A DNA stretch of 64,000 nt, from contig JAITVV010000067.1 in NCBI GenBank assembly GCA_031285625.1, forward strand, positions 1-64,000. Direction: 5' to 3'. The position numbers and the translations under genes are program-made. The notes beneath the pieces were generated by a model. That model saw only the letters and a list, made by a program, of their open reading frames with translations. It was not told where the DNA came from and did not search any database. Shown in pieces: positions 20,065 through 30,868 of this stretch. Numbering within the stretch: position 1 is the first letter of the stretch; every line of letters begins with the position of its first letter. This DNA is from Prevotella sp. (GTDB lineage Bacteria > Bacteroidota > Bacteroidia > Bacteroidales > Dysgonomonadaceae).

Positions 20065-22659
20065 TTAATATCCGTCTCTCAATGATACGACTTTCAGTTG
20101 TTTCTCGAATTCTGATTGCGACAGAGAAGTGGTTACTTTTACCGTAACTGTTTTCCCGGGAAGAATATCGAAATAGTTATTCTCAAAGAAATTATCGATT
20201 CCTTCGATAGACATAAATGCTGCCCGGGCAAAATTGTCTGTAGTCAGAGATACTTCATAACCTCCGTTTACAGCCTTTACACTCTTACGAATATTCGCTT
20301 TCGGGAAGTTGATATGCTTCTGCGATAAGAGGAAATAATTATTTGTATATATTTTCCCTGCATTATCGGTTAGTTCCACATATACTACAACATCGCCTTT
20401 AGCCGTTCCTTTCAGTAGTGTATTCACCGATGCAGAAAATACATTTTTACTTGTATTGGCAGGTATTGCCACATTCAGTTTTTTCTCATCTACAACAGTG
20501 CCGTCCAGTTTCAATACTTTCAGATTTAAAGATGCTTTTGATTCAGTAAGCCTGTCGGACACAATATAGATATCCAGTTTATCATCTTTAGCTATAGGCG
20601 ATACCAGTACATCCTTATAAGCTTCGCGCGTAAAATAGTGTTGCGCTTTCCAGCGTCCGTAATAATCGCGGCTGGCCCATGATGCTACCGGCCAGCAATC
20701 GTTATGCTGCCAGAAGAGAGTACCCATACAGTAAGGCATATCCCTGCGGTGCGCTTCCATGGCTATTTTGATTGCATCACCCTGCAATACCTGGTTCATA
20801 TAAAGGAAAGATTCAAAATCTTTTGGTTTCTGATATTCATTCAACAGGTATTCTTCTATCAGATTGTTGGCATATGTACCTGCACGCTGATGATCCATCA
20901 TCACCTCCGATGTTATTACCCAGTCTTCTTTTTTAGGTGCATATATCTTTACCGATTCAAATTCGGGGAACGACTGGAAGCCATATTCACTGAAGAAACG
21001 GCTGCGCTCTATATTGTAATCTGTGATAGGCTTACGTCCATGCCATACACCCCAATAGTGACGATCTCCGTGCTTAGGGTCGTCCGCTTCACCGGGATAT
21101 CCATATGGAGACGATGGACGATAGAATGATTCAGGATGATATTCTTCAACCATTTCAGGTAAAAGTTTATGGAAGAGGTCTGTATATTGTCGCCATATCA
21201 CCTGAGCATATTCGGGATTCTGGCTTGCATAATTCTTTTTTAAATCCCAATTATACCAGAAATAATACGCTTCGTTATTTCCACACCAAACAGCGATGGA
21301 AGGATGATTGCGGAGACGCTTGATATTATCTATGGCTTCGTATTTTATCGATTCCAGGAATTTGCCTTCCGAAGGATAGAGGCTGCATGCGAACATAAAG
21401 TCCTGCCATACAAGAATGCCATATTTATCGCAGAATTCATAGAAGTTGTCATCTTCATAGATACCGCCTCCCCATACACGCAGCATATTCATATTGGCAT
21501 CTACTGCATCCAGAACGGTTTTCTCATATTTTTCCCTTGTAACCCTCGGCAGGAAGTTGTCTCCCGGAACAAGATTCGCCCCTTTGGCAAATATACGCAC
21601 TCCATTCAGTTCTAAATAGAGGGGTGAACCATCCTTATCGGGTTCGGTAATGACTTTTATCGAGCGTAATCCTGTTTTTACATCATGGCTGTCGAGTGTT
21701 TTTGAGTTAGCAGTCACTTCTGTATGAAAATCATACAGATGAGCTTCACCCAGTCCGTTAGACCACCATAGTTTAGGATTATTGATGGTGAAGTCGACAG
21801 CAATTTTATTTATTCCTTTGGTCAGGTCTGCGGTTGCAGTACCATAAGTTGTACCTGTTTGTTTGTCTTTTACAGTAACCTTTGCTCCACGTATATCTTT
21901 ATCAGCCAAAACTTCGGTCTCGAATGAAAGGACAGCTTTTTGTTTTGTAATATCTTTCTGGCGGACAAATACATTTTCGATACGGGCATCGTCCCATGCT
22001 TCGAGGTAAACAGGGCGCCAGATACCCGATGTAACTAACCGCGGCCCCCAGTCCCATCCATAGTGGTACCCGGCTTTACGGGCAAAAGGACTCACCGTTT
22101 TTTCAAATATCCCTCCTTGCTGAGACTGGTCAGGCCCTGTCTGATAACGGTATGGATACGAATCGAATTTAGGAATATCTTCTTTGATTGGCGAACGGAA
22201 AAAGACTTCAAGTTTGTTATCTTTTTCTTTCAGTTTATCTTTTATATCCACTTTCCATTCACGGAACATATTATCTCCTTCGAGAATACTTTCTCCATTC
22301 AGATAAACATGCACATAGGTATCGAGCCCCATAAAATGCAGGCGGATATTTTCTTTGCTGAATGTTTTTCCATCCACATCGAAATGAGTTTCATACATCC
22401 AGTCTTCCTTATCTACCCATTGCACACTTCTCTCGTTCAACCTGTAGAATGGGTCTTCAATAATTCCGTTTGCCATCAGGTCGGTATGTATTACACCCGG
22501 TACAGTAGCAGGATACCAGTTATTCAGTCGCCATTGACGAAATTTCCAGCCTGAGTTGAGTTCTTTCTTAATCGGTACTGCTGATATTGATTCACAAAGC
22601 AGTAAAGCAAATATCAGTAATACGAATTTGACACAATAATTTCTTAATAGACTTAGCAT
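20065..22659 (-). CDS. GH2 beta-mannosidase
   Basis: ATVPG, GLDT, GWDWGP, RVWGGG, WQDFMFAC, WCGNNE, SEYGFQS. Confidence 0.92.
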   Translation of the reverse strand: MLSLLRNYCVKFVLLIFALLLCESISAVPIKKELNSGWKFRQWRLNNWYPATVPGVIHTDLMANGIIEDPFYRLNERSVQWVDKEDWMYETHFDVDGKTFSKENIRLHFMGLDTYVHVYLNGESILEGDNMFREWKVDIKDKLKEKDNKLEVFFRSPIKEDIPKFDSYPYRYQTGPDQSQQGGIFEKTVSPFARKAGYHYGWDWGPRLVTSGIWRPVYLEAWDDARIENVFVRQKDITKQKAVLSFETEVLADKDIRGAKVTVKDKQTGTTYGTATADLTKGINKIAVDFTINNPKLWWSNGLGEAHLYDFHTEVTANSKTLDSHDVKTGLRSIKVITEPDKDGSPLYLELNGVRIFAKGANLVPGDNFLPRVTREKYEKTVLDAVDANMNMLRVWGGGIYEDDNFYEFCDKYGILVWQDFMFACSLYPSEGKFLESIKYEAIDNIKRLRNHPSIAVWCGNNEAYYFWYNWDLKKNYASQNPEYAQVIWRQYTDLFHKLLPEMVEEYHPESFYRPSSPYGYPGEADDPKHGDRHYWGVWHGRKPITDYNIERSRFFSEYGFQSFPEFESVKIYAPKKEDWVITSEVMMDHQRAGTYANNLIEEYLLNEYQKPKDFESFLYMNQVLQGDAIKIAMEAHRRDMPYCMGTLFWQHNDCWPVASWASRDYYGRWKAQHYFTREAYKDVLVSPIAKDDKLDIYIVSDRLTESKASLNLKVLKLDGTVVDEKKLNVAIPANTSKNVFSASVNTLLKGTAKGDVVVYVELTDNAGKIYTNNYFLLSQKHINFPKANIRKSVKAVNGGYEVSLTTDNFARAAFMSIEGIDNFFENNYFDILPGKTVTVKVTTSLSQSEFEKQLKVVSLRDGY

Positions 22660-22684
22660 TTTTTAATTGTTTGTTGATTAATTA

Positions 22685-24271
22685 TCATTTACTATATAGT
22701 CCAGGCCCATCAAACTTATACCTGAACCAATTAAAGTCTGCATTTCCTCCATCTGCTACCGTATTATACGAATACAGTCCTACACGCGCACCTTTCCAGT
22801 CACTGGACTGTAAGGCATACGGAGATTCGCATGCAATAAAATTTGAATTGTCGAAGCTATAGAAAAGCTGATGCTGATTTGTATTTGCATTTAATGATAC
22901 TTTCAGATATATCTTTTCTGTTGTGATAGGAGTTATTTTTTTACTCTTTCCATCACTTTCATAATAGATATAGTTTTTTCCGTTCTCATGTAGTACGCCT
23001 ATTGCATTATAGAGGTTACTGGCACACAAAAGTCCTGCCCGTTGTCCGTTAATCAGATTACTACAATCAATCTCTATAGATGCTTCACCCTCATATCCCA
23101 TAATCTTTTGGGTAAGCATATTTTTAGAATCTCTTAGGTTATCGGCTTTTAAGGCTTTAATACGGAAATAGCCGGGGCGTTCGGATAACGACCAATTTTT
23201 ATTTACAGGATTATGATTGAATTGCCATTGCAGATTAAGTTTATCTGTGGAAAATTCATCAGAGCCTTGCGGCGCAACAATCTGAACTTTTTTCCCTGTT
23301 TTTGGCTTTATCCATTCTTTCACTGGCTCTCCTATACCGTTTATATCATAGTCTACACCTATTTGCGGCCATCCGTCTACCCAATTCACAGGTTGCAAAT
23401 GAACAATACGTCCCAGCGGGTCTTTCGACTGAAAATGGTAGAACCACCATTCACCATCCGGTGTATCAACCAATGCTCCCTGATGAGGTCCGTTTACCTT
23501 TGTAACACCTGGTTCGAGAACAATTTTTCTTTCATAAGGGCCATAGATATTTTTTGAGCGTAACACGGTTTGCCATCCGGTAGCAACTCCGCCTTCGGGA
23601 ATACTCATATAGTAATATCCGTTCATCTTATGGATTTTTGTTCCTTCGGCAACAGGTCCTTCGTATACAGTTACACCATCATCCAGGAGTCTGGTTCCAT
23701 CGGGACTCATTTTGTGCAGAATAATAGGCCCTGCACCTAACTGACTGCGGCCAACGTATGCCTGTCCGTCCTCATCCCAGAATGGACAAGGGTCTTCCCA
23801 GCCTTCGATATGCTTTACATTCACCAACGGAGCCCATGGCCCTGCCGGATTGGTTGCATTCGACATAAATAACCCTTCATGCGGTGTACAAAAGAAAACC
23901 CAAAACTTTCCATCATGATAACGGATAGCCGGAGCCCATGAGCCGCCACCATAGCGTTCATTGGTTTCCCACTCGGGGAAGTCGAATTTATCGTAAACCT
24001 GACTTATAATTGTCCAGTTCACCATATCATCGGATTCAAGTACAGGTATTCCAATGAAATGAAAATCGGAGCAAACCATGTAATACTTATCTCCTACTCT
24101 GATTACATCCGGGTCGGAATAATCGGCATTGAGTATCGGGTTTACATATTTACCATTGCCCTGGTCACCCCAGCGGTTATCAGTGTTGATATCTTCCTGG
24201 GCCGAAAGACTCAACATTTGGAACAATAGGAAAACCAACAAAGCTGCTCTTTGTAGTAAAATATAATTCAT
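22685..24271 (-). CDS. GH43 beta-xylosidase/arabinofuranosidase with C-terminal beta-sandwich
   Basis: NPILNADYSDPD, WAP, EDP, EG, HQG motifs; start placed at ATG 24271 (MNYILLQR.., signal peptide) rather than 24343. Confidence 0.88.
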   Translation of the reverse strand: MNYILLQRAALLVFLLFQMLSLSAQEDINTDNRWGDQGNGKYVNPILNADYSDPDVIRVGDKYYMVCSDFHFIGIPVLESDDMVNWTIISQVYDKFDFPEWETNERYGGGSWAPAIRYHDGKFWVFFCTPHEGLFMSNATNPAGPWAPLVNVKHIEGWEDPCPFWDEDGQAYVGRSQLGAGPIILHKMSPDGTRLLDDGVTVYEGPVAEGTKIHKMNGYYYMSIPEGGVATGWQTVLRSKNIYGPYERKIVLEPGVTKVNGPHQGALVDTPDGEWWFYHFQSKDPLGRIVHLQPVNWVDGWPQIGVDYDINGIGEPVKEWIKPKTGKKVQIVAPQGSDEFSTDKLNLQWQFNHNPVNKNWSLSERPGYFRIKALKADNLRDSKNMLTQKIMGYEGEASIEIDCSNLINGQRAGLLCASNLYNAIGVLHENGKNYIYYESDGKSKKITPITTEKIYLKVSLNANTNQHQLFYSFDNSNFIACESPYALQSSDWKGARVGLYSYNTVADGGNADFNWFRYKFDGPGLYSK

Positions 24272-24300
24272 GATGTAAGATTGAAAAGGTTTATTAGAGA

Positions 24301-24325
24301 CCGTTCCCGCACAAGACGGGAATGG
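24301..24325. other. Intergenic hairpin between GH36 and GH43
   Basis: CCGTTCCCG-cacaaga-CGGGAATGG. Confidence 0.5.
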
Positions 24326-24384
24326 CCCTAAGGAAGTATGCAACCTGTTACCCTAAATCAAAATAACAGGACAAGGATTTTATT

Positions 24385-26589
24385 TTATTCTTCTGAAATA
24401 AGCAACACTGTGCTATCAAACGGATTCCCTATATTCAGGTTGATCCCTGCTTTCATCAGATAATCACCAGAGAACGTTTGTCCGTTTCCATAAAAAGAAC
24501 CCTGACCTGGTTTTACATTCAACTCCGTAATTTTATAATTCTTATCCGGATCGAGTCCTTTTAGTTTCGTTTCAAAATAAGTAGTACGTCCGTGATATTT
24601 AAGGCTGTATGCAAAGAATACGGACTGCTTCTTATCCTTCGAAACATACATGTGAGACGTCCAGGCATTTTTATCATAAGGAGAGATAAGCCTATATAAA
24701 TCACCAAATTGTACTATCGGTCTGATTAGCTTATAATCTTTAACTGCATTTGCAGCAAATTCATATTCATCCCCTTGTATATCCTTTGGTTGTAATTCCA
24801 TACCCAGGCGACCGGACATAGCTACATCAAATCGAAACTTAAGAGGTGCCATCATGCCTGTTTGATGATTGGGGCTGGTGGATACATGTGAGCCTGTAGC
24901 AATAGCCGGGAAAAACAGATTGGTACCATATTGAATGAAAATCCTATCGAAGGCATTCGTATTATCACTTGCCCAGAATTCGTCATGATATTTCAACGCG
25001 CCGAATTCTACCCGACCTCCACCGGAAGAGCATAGCTGTATCTGGATATCCGGATATTTGGCTCTGATTCTTTCATATACTTTATATAATCCTTTTACAT
25101 ATTCATACCAGAAATGAGTTTGTTCTCCGGCAGGCAGGTAATCCGAACCGACATTGTCGACATGGCGATTCGCATCCCATTTGATATAACTAATATTAGG
25201 AGACATGGAAACCACATCGTCAAACGTTTTGAAAACAAAGTCCTGAACAGCGGGATTAGTCAAATCCAACAACCATTGATTACGCATTGGGAGAATATCA
25301 CGCTTACCACTTTTCACAATCCATTCAGGATGTTTTTTTGCCAGTTCACTGTCAGGATTTACCATTTCAGGCTCAATCCAAATACCAAATTTAAGACCTT
25401 TATTAACAGCGTAATCTGCAAGATATGGAATACCTCTTGGTAATTTCTTCTTGTTTGTCTGCCAGTCTCCAAGCCCTGCATTATCGCTGTTACGTGGATA
25501 CTTATTACCAAACCAGCCATCATCCAGAACGAACATTTCCACTCCAAACTTCGCAGCATTATCCATCATATCGGTAATTGTTTTTTCATCGAAAGTGAAA
25601 TATGCACCTTCCCAGCTATTCAGAATAATCGGATGTAATTGATCTCCATGAGCCATTGCATATTTACGCGCCCAGTCATGGTAATTTCTTGATATTTGCC
25701 CGATACCGTTGGCACTGTATGTTAAAACCATTTCAGGAGCTTCCAGTTTTTGATCAGGCTTCAGATAGAAAGTAGAAGCAAAAGGATTCATCCCTGATGT
25801 AATACCCAGTTTACCTGTTTCGTCCAGTTCGAAAGAAAGTTTATAATTACCCGACCAAGCCAAAGAACCGGCATATACTTCCCCTGAGTCTTCTCTCGAC
25901 GGAGCATTCAGGGAGAGAATAAACGAAGGATTTTCAGATTGGGTTGCTCTAACACCTTTCTTCGATTCCACTACTTTTATACCGTGAGTCAACTCTTCTT
26001 CCTCCACTTGCATCTCTGCGGCCCATGTACCATTAAAATGAGTCAGATAATATGATTCGGCATGTAACGGGATATAAGAAGATGCAAAGTTCTCCACTTT
26101 GACTGTATTTTTTTCGTTGTGGTAGATAGTTGCTGACTGAGTTATTATATTTTCCTTTTGATAAGCTACAAAACGAATATCCACATATACAGGATATAGC
26201 TTATCCTTTAAACTAATCACAGTTTCTGTTTTATTACTATCCAGTACTTTCGACTGACTATTCACATATACCAGCTCAGTAGTAAGGACTCCATCAGCAT
26301 GTGTCAGTTTCAATGCAGGATTAAGGTAGTAACGTCCTCCGTATGCAGGATACATTTGTGATGCAAAATCATCATTTGTATCAGGTTGGCCCTTAATCTT
26401 TTTATCAAGGAAAGAAGAGACACCATTCAACTTGTTACCCCAATATTGAAAGATAACTTTTTCGTTCTGAGTAGCAGTGAAGACCATTGTCAGATCATCA
26501 GTCTCAACTTGTATGACTTTCTTATCCTGCCCATGAGCACTAACAAGAGTCAGAAAGAGGAAGAGAATACTAAATACTAACGTTTTCAT
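24385..26589 (-). CDS. GH36 alpha-galactosidase
   Basis: LNSWEG, LDDGWFG, GIWIEPEMVN, YIKWD, CSSGGGR, WASDN; signal peptide. Confidence 0.95.
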   Translation of the reverse strand: MKTLVFSILFLFLTLVSAHGQDKKVIQVETDDLTMVFTATQNEKVIFQYWGNKLNGVSSFLDKKIKGQPDTNDDFASQMYPAYGGRYYLNPALKLTHADGVLTTELVYVNSQSKVLDSNKTETVISLKDKLYPVYVDIRFVAYQKENIITQSATIYHNEKNTVKVENFASSYIPLHAESYYLTHFNGTWAAEMQVEEEELTHGIKVVESKKGVRATQSENPSFILSLNAPSREDSGEVYAGSLAWSGNYKLSFELDETGKLGITSGMNPFASTFYLKPDQKLEAPEMVLTYSANGIGQISRNYHDWARKYAMAHGDQLHPIILNSWEGAYFTFDEKTITDMMDNAAKFGVEMFVLDDGWFGNKYPRNSDNAGLGDWQTNKKKLPRGIPYLADYAVNKGLKFGIWIEPEMVNPDSELAKKHPEWIVKSGKRDILPMRNQWLLDLTNPAVQDFVFKTFDDVVSMSPNISYIKWDANRHVDNVGSDYLPAGEQTHFWYEYVKGLYKVYERIRAKYPDIQIQLCSSGGGRVEFGALKYHDEFWASDNTNAFDRIFIQYGTNLFFPAIATGSHVSTSPNHQTGMMAPLKFRFDVAMSGRLGMELQPKDIQGDEYEFAANAVKDYKLIRPIVQFGDLYRLISPYDKNAWTSHMYVSKDKKQSVFFAYSLKYHGRTTYFETKLKGLDPDKNYKITELNVKPGQGSFYGNGQTFSGDYLMKAGINLNIGNPFDSTVLLISEE

Positions 26590-26591
26590 AA

Positions 26592-28625
26592 TTATAATTT
26601 TATTTCTATATTTTCACCATATTTCAGATCGAAAGACCTGAATACTTTTTCATTTTTTATTAATTGAACTTTCATCTCACCTCCATTTTTCAGTACTTGA
26701 ATGGAGAATGGGCTATCCATGAATGCCATTATATTATTCAACTCCATCCGATCCCAATTGTCAGGCAACTGTGGGGCTAAGGTAAATGAACGAAAACCTG
26801 TAGGACGTATTCCAAATAACCCCTCTGTGATAATACGGCAATACAAGCCACTTTCTGCAGACAGATGGCGTTGATTTCCTTCCGGCCATGCTTCAATCGG
26901 ATAAGGGACGTGATCACCCAGCAATCGCTCGTTGGAATATCGTTTCATATATTCTGTTGCTTTCTCTTTAACTCCGGCACTGTATACTCCACGCAAAGCG
27001 TACAGAGTGGAACGATCCCAAAAGGTTTCAGTACCTGCCTGAGTCAACAATCCATTCTTTGTCCATAAACGAGGAGAGAATAAAGCTTCGATTGTGCCCT
27101 CTTTTCTATCGAATATATTTACAGTTAATGGTATAGCAATCCATGAACGTAATATGTCATTACCTTCGTAATACTGGTAGGTATCATATCCTTCAACAGT
27201 TCTGCCAAAATATTTATTGATAGCTTCTTTTAAAGCCTCAGCCTCTTTTATATATTTCTTAGAAACCTGTGAAGGCTTATTTATTTCGTTAGCTAAATAA
27301 CTACTTGAGATCAAAGCATCGTAATACAAACTTGATGTGCACAGGTTTGCTTCACCTGCAGGAAAACGGCCTTCCAGTTCATCGTTATCGGACATTACGA
27401 CACCCTCTTTATTTAATTTGCGTTTGCAAAATTCCAGGCACCATTCGATCAAAGGCCATAACTGTATTGCCTCTTCTCTGTCAGCTCTGGCAAGGGCATA
27501 TCTTGCAGCGCCATATGCTATCATCGCTGCATCGCCTCTGTCTCCTGCCCCATTCCATATATCTAAGCCCTCTGCTATAATAGAACTGGGAATAGGATTA
27601 TATTCAGGATTCATAAATCGGGCAAAGTGCATAAATGAATTAAAAACCGACTCGTTTCCAATTTTGTATCCCAGAAACGGGAAGAAAGGATTAACATATT
27701 CAGCCTGATCATTAGCCCAAATAGCGGCATAGTATGATTCTCCCCCAGGGCCATGCATATAGCCGCCTTTTGTTTTAAATATACTTTCTGATGTCCTTAT
27801 TTTAGCAAAAGCAAAAGCTCTGTTTATTACTGGATCAGGACATTTGAACTCTAGATTATTCCATATTTCGTTTATGAATTCCTTCCTTGCCTCTTCTTCC
27901 TGAGATATATCCGGTATTATTTCATTTTCTGATTCTCTGTATGCTTCAATATATGCTCCAAACTCAATTTGTTCACCTGCATTCAGATGATAAAGACCGT
28001 CATTGAGCAGTGAAACCGACAAATTGTAACTACCACCCACCCCTTTTTGAGCATCGGTCTTATATAAGTTTTTTACTTTTGGGACAATTAATGTCAACGG
28101 CTTATCCGATATATTTTTTAATATGTACTTTTCACAAAGTAGCGGTTTATCCTTAGAAGGGAAATATAAATGTGACAGTTCAACAACAGGTTCTGGTTTT
28201 GAAGCCCTAGATTGAGCGATATTATGCCTTTCTATACTGAAATCACTCACGACCGTAAGAAACCCATCTAAACGGATATATTTCACTTTCTCATTATTGA
28301 GGGACATACCATTTACCATCAGTAAAGAAGGAAAGTCTACTGCAAAACGTTGCATCAGACTACCATGGGTATTGTTTGGTATAGTCCTCAGCAAGGGCCA
28401 TATTACCGAGCGTTCCATAGAGAATGATCCATCCGTATTCACCCCATATCTGAAAACTGTAGAGATCTGCTCCCCACTCATTTCTATATGATCGTTATGA
28501 GGGATATTATCTGCTATATTCCACTGAATAGCTCCATCCTGTTGTATAACCCAACGATCTTGAGCATAAATAGTGAGACCAGATATAAACTGAATAAATA
28601 GAAATAGTTTTAGAGCCTTCATCAT
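26592..28625 (-). CDS. Six-hairpin glycosidase-like protein, family unassigned
   Basis: Signal peptide; beta-rich N-terminus then helical domain with YYAAIWANDQAEY, DRGDAAM, DELEGR, EAWPE. Confidence 0.6.
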   Translation of the reverse strand: MMKALKLFLFIQFISGLTIYAQDRWVIQQDGAIQWNIADNIPHNDHIEMSGEQISTVFRYGVNTDGSFSMERSVIWPLLRTIPNNTHGSLMQRFAVDFPSLLMVNGMSLNNEKVKYIRLDGFLTVVSDFSIERHNIAQSRASKPEPVVELSHLYFPSKDKPLLCEKYILKNISDKPLTLIVPKVKNLYKTDAQKGVGGSYNLSVSLLNDGLYHLNAGEQIEFGAYIEAYRESENEIIPDISQEEEARKEFINEIWNNLEFKCPDPVINRAFAFAKIRTSESIFKTKGGYMHGPGGESYYAAIWANDQAEYVNPFFPFLGYKIGNESVFNSFMHFARFMNPEYNPIPSSIIAEGLDIWNGAGDRGDAAMIAYGAARYALARADREEAIQLWPLIEWCLEFCKRKLNKEGVVMSDNDELEGRFPAGEANLCTSSLYYDALISSSYLANEINKPSQVSKKYIKEAEALKEAINKYFGRTVEGYDTYQYYEGNDILRSWIAIPLTVNIFDRKEGTIEALFSPRLWTKNGLLTQAGTETFWDRSTLYALRGVYSAGVKEKATEYMKRYSNERLLGDHVPYPIEAWPEGNQRHLSAESGLYCRIITEGLFGIRPTGFRSFTLAPQLPDNWDRMELNNIMAFMDSPFSIQVLKNGGEMKVQLIKNEKVFRSFDLKYGENIEIKL

Positions 28626-28682
28626 AATATTATTTATTACTTATCTCAAAAATAAGAATAAATATAATCCATAATTGCGGTA

Positions 28683-28728
28683 GAGGTTACATATATACCC
28701 CGATATTGAGGTATATATGTTGAGCCTC
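28683..28728. terminator. Long intra-operon hairpin after the third gene of the susC operon
   Basis: GAGGTT-ACATATATACC ... GGTATATATGT-TG-AGCCTC. Confidence 0.55.
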
Positions 28729-28748
28729 ACAAATAACCAAACTTAAAA

Positions 28749-30857
28749 TCATCTGGCTAGCTTATATACTCTTACATCCTGAGACGGTACAGAGTATTTC
28801 AGCACACCATTTTCTACAAGGACTTCTGAAGATGTCCACAACTCCTTGCAATCTACCTTATTATTATCGACCAATCCGATTCTATCGAGATTTATACTAC
28901 CTTCTTTAGCAGCCGTCTTATCAAAATTAAATACAGCTACATATACCCCATCTTTGGTTTCGAGCATATATGCCGGTTCAGCTTTCCCCGGATCAGCAGC
29001 TGTATAGCCTTCCACCGGATAAAAAGATTTACCTATTCGGGCTATATCATTAATTTCTTTATTTGTAGCAACCTTTATTGCTTTTTCTCTTGCAGCAATG
29101 TCTCCCGGGATCTTACCTTTCAGACTGAAATTATCACCCAACATATATATTCCAGTAATTACTGCAGAGGTAATACGCGCTCTGTTAGCTCCTTCTTTAT
29201 AATCATCAGCTTCCTGTGGTTTATAAAGAAGTATGTGATCCGAATCATTGAAAGGATACACGCGATCAAGCCACCAACCAAATGAAAGACTGTTGAGCAT
29301 ATAACCTGTTGTTCCCCATTCTCCTTCGGTCATAGCACCCCATGCATCACAACTGATACGCTTTGAAGTTCCGTATTGAGAAGGGAAGGTAGGAGCAATA
29401 GACAGTGCCATAAACATATCTTCGCCACATAAATCAGAGAGGTATTTCATCCCTTCGTTATAAGCCTGTACACCGGTAGTAACTGCCGGATTGTAAAATG
29501 AGTCGGCTTCTAACGTACCATTATTAATAAAGTCAAGTTTTACATATGTATATCCCAGCTTCTTAAACTTATTGATGTAATGATCCATTCGTTGCTTCGT
29601 TCCCGGATGGGTAGGATCTACAGCTAAGGATTCCACTTTGCGCGGTTTTCCGTCTGCATATATATATATGTCTTTATATTTATAAGCGTTATTAGTCCCT
29701 TCTACAAAGGCTTCCGCATTCCCATGCCAGTCAGAAAACGGACACCAGTAAATACCGGCCTTTTGTCCATTGGCTTTACAATGCTCAACAAATTGCTTTA
29801 GTTGATCTTCAGTAAAGTTGTCCCAAAAAGAATCTAATCCGATATAAGTGATATTGTCATTTTCAAAGCTATTAGGCTGCAACTCTTTCTTGATAAAATC
29901 AGCTACATCGATAGCTCCTTCATAGTTTACCTTTTCGGCCATAGCAGCCCAACTGTTCCAACCAAAAGGTGTACCACCATTCCATTTGCGAGGAGGTGCA
30001 ACTATAGCATTTGCTTCTCCAAAGATCTCTAGACCTCTGCGCCAGTCATTGAATATTCCAAAGAAGATTTTAGGAGATTTCAGGCTCTTACCTTTAATAC
30101 TTCCATGTCCTTTAATCGAAGGCCTATCTGGCTTTTGGCTGATATCTCTGGTCAGCTCGTGAACAACGCCGCCGTAGCATTCCAGTTCTGTAATATATTG
30201 ATTTTCTTCTCCTTTGTAACGAATGCCTGTTTTCCATGTATCATGCTCTACCGAACCTATAACCAAACCATTACGTTCTTTTCCATTAAAGATAGACGTT
30301 ACCTCGAAAGATATATCTTCACCGGATAAAGGAGATGACAGATAATGAACAAATGCATCATTATCGAACGGTACACGTAAGGCACGATTACTTTCGTCTG
30401 CAGACAGAAAAGAGTTCTTAGTCGCAGTATATATTGGAGCAATATAATTGCTTGAAATATCTGTTTCGGATTCTAAATATACATCAGTAAGGAAATATTC
30501 CTTATCTGAATAGAAATAATATACCTGTTTGATGTCAGGTTTGCCTGCCAGCCCTGTATAACTAACTGTAAATTTTTCGCCATTTCCGAAAGCATCGGAA
30601 AGAGATTCTTTGTTGATTTTTACTTCCGGATAAGCGGTACTCTCTATAGGGTCGTTTCCGGATTTTGCCTTTACAAACACTCCTGATAATATTGCTTTAC
30701 CATTGTGAATGTAATCCAGTGTTTTTGTATTTTCGTCATAAACAATTGACCACTGTTTATACTCTATCTTATTACCTGCAAGAGGTGCACATGCCCAGAG
30801 GCATATGCAGCTCTTGCAAATAAGAATTATAAGACTATTTATTGTCCTGTAAGTCAT
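28749..30857 (-). CDS. Clan GH-D-like glycoside hydrolase, probable lipoprotein, family unassigned
   Basis: LWAC candidate lipobox; PFGWNSW, GLDSFW, YVKLDF, RISCDAW, FNDSDH; directly after susD. Confidence 0.7.
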   Translation of the reverse strand: MTYRTINSLIILICKSCICLWACAPLAGNKIEYKQWSIVYDENTKTLDYIHNGKAILSGVFVKAKSGNDPIESTAYPEVKINKESLSDAFGNGEKFTVSYTGLAGKPDIKQVYYFYSDKEYFLTDVYLESETDISSNYIAPIYTATKNSFLSADESNRALRVPFDNDAFVHYLSSPLSGEDISFEVTSIFNGKERNGLVIGSVEHDTWKTGIRYKGEENQYITELECYGGVVHELTRDISQKPDRPSIKGHGSIKGKSLKSPKIFFGIFNDWRRGLEIFGEANAIVAPPRKWNGGTPFGWNSWAAMAEKVNYEGAIDVADFIKKELQPNSFENDNITYIGLDSFWDNFTEDQLKQFVEHCKANGQKAGIYWCPFSDWHGNAEAFVEGTNNAYKYKDIYIYADGKPRKVESLAVDPTHPGTKQRMDHYINKFKKLGYTYVKLDFINNGTLEADSFYNPAVTTGVQAYNEGMKYLSDLCGEDMFMALSIAPTFPSQYGTSKRISCDAWGAMTEGEWGTTGYMLNSLSFGWWLDRVYPFNDSDHILLYKPQEADDYKEGANRARITSAVITGIYMLGDNFSLKGKIPGDIAAREKAIKVATNKEINDIARIGKSFYPVEGYTAADPGKAEPAYMLETKDGVYVAVFNFDKTAAKEGSINLDRIGLVDNNKVDCKELWTSSEVLVENGVLKYSVPSQDVRVYKLAR

Positions 30858-30868
30858 CTTATCTTTAT

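Noticed and set aside
24272-24343. N-terminal extension of the GH43 ORF
   Set aside because: Runs through an intergenic hairpin; the signal peptide begins at ATG 24271
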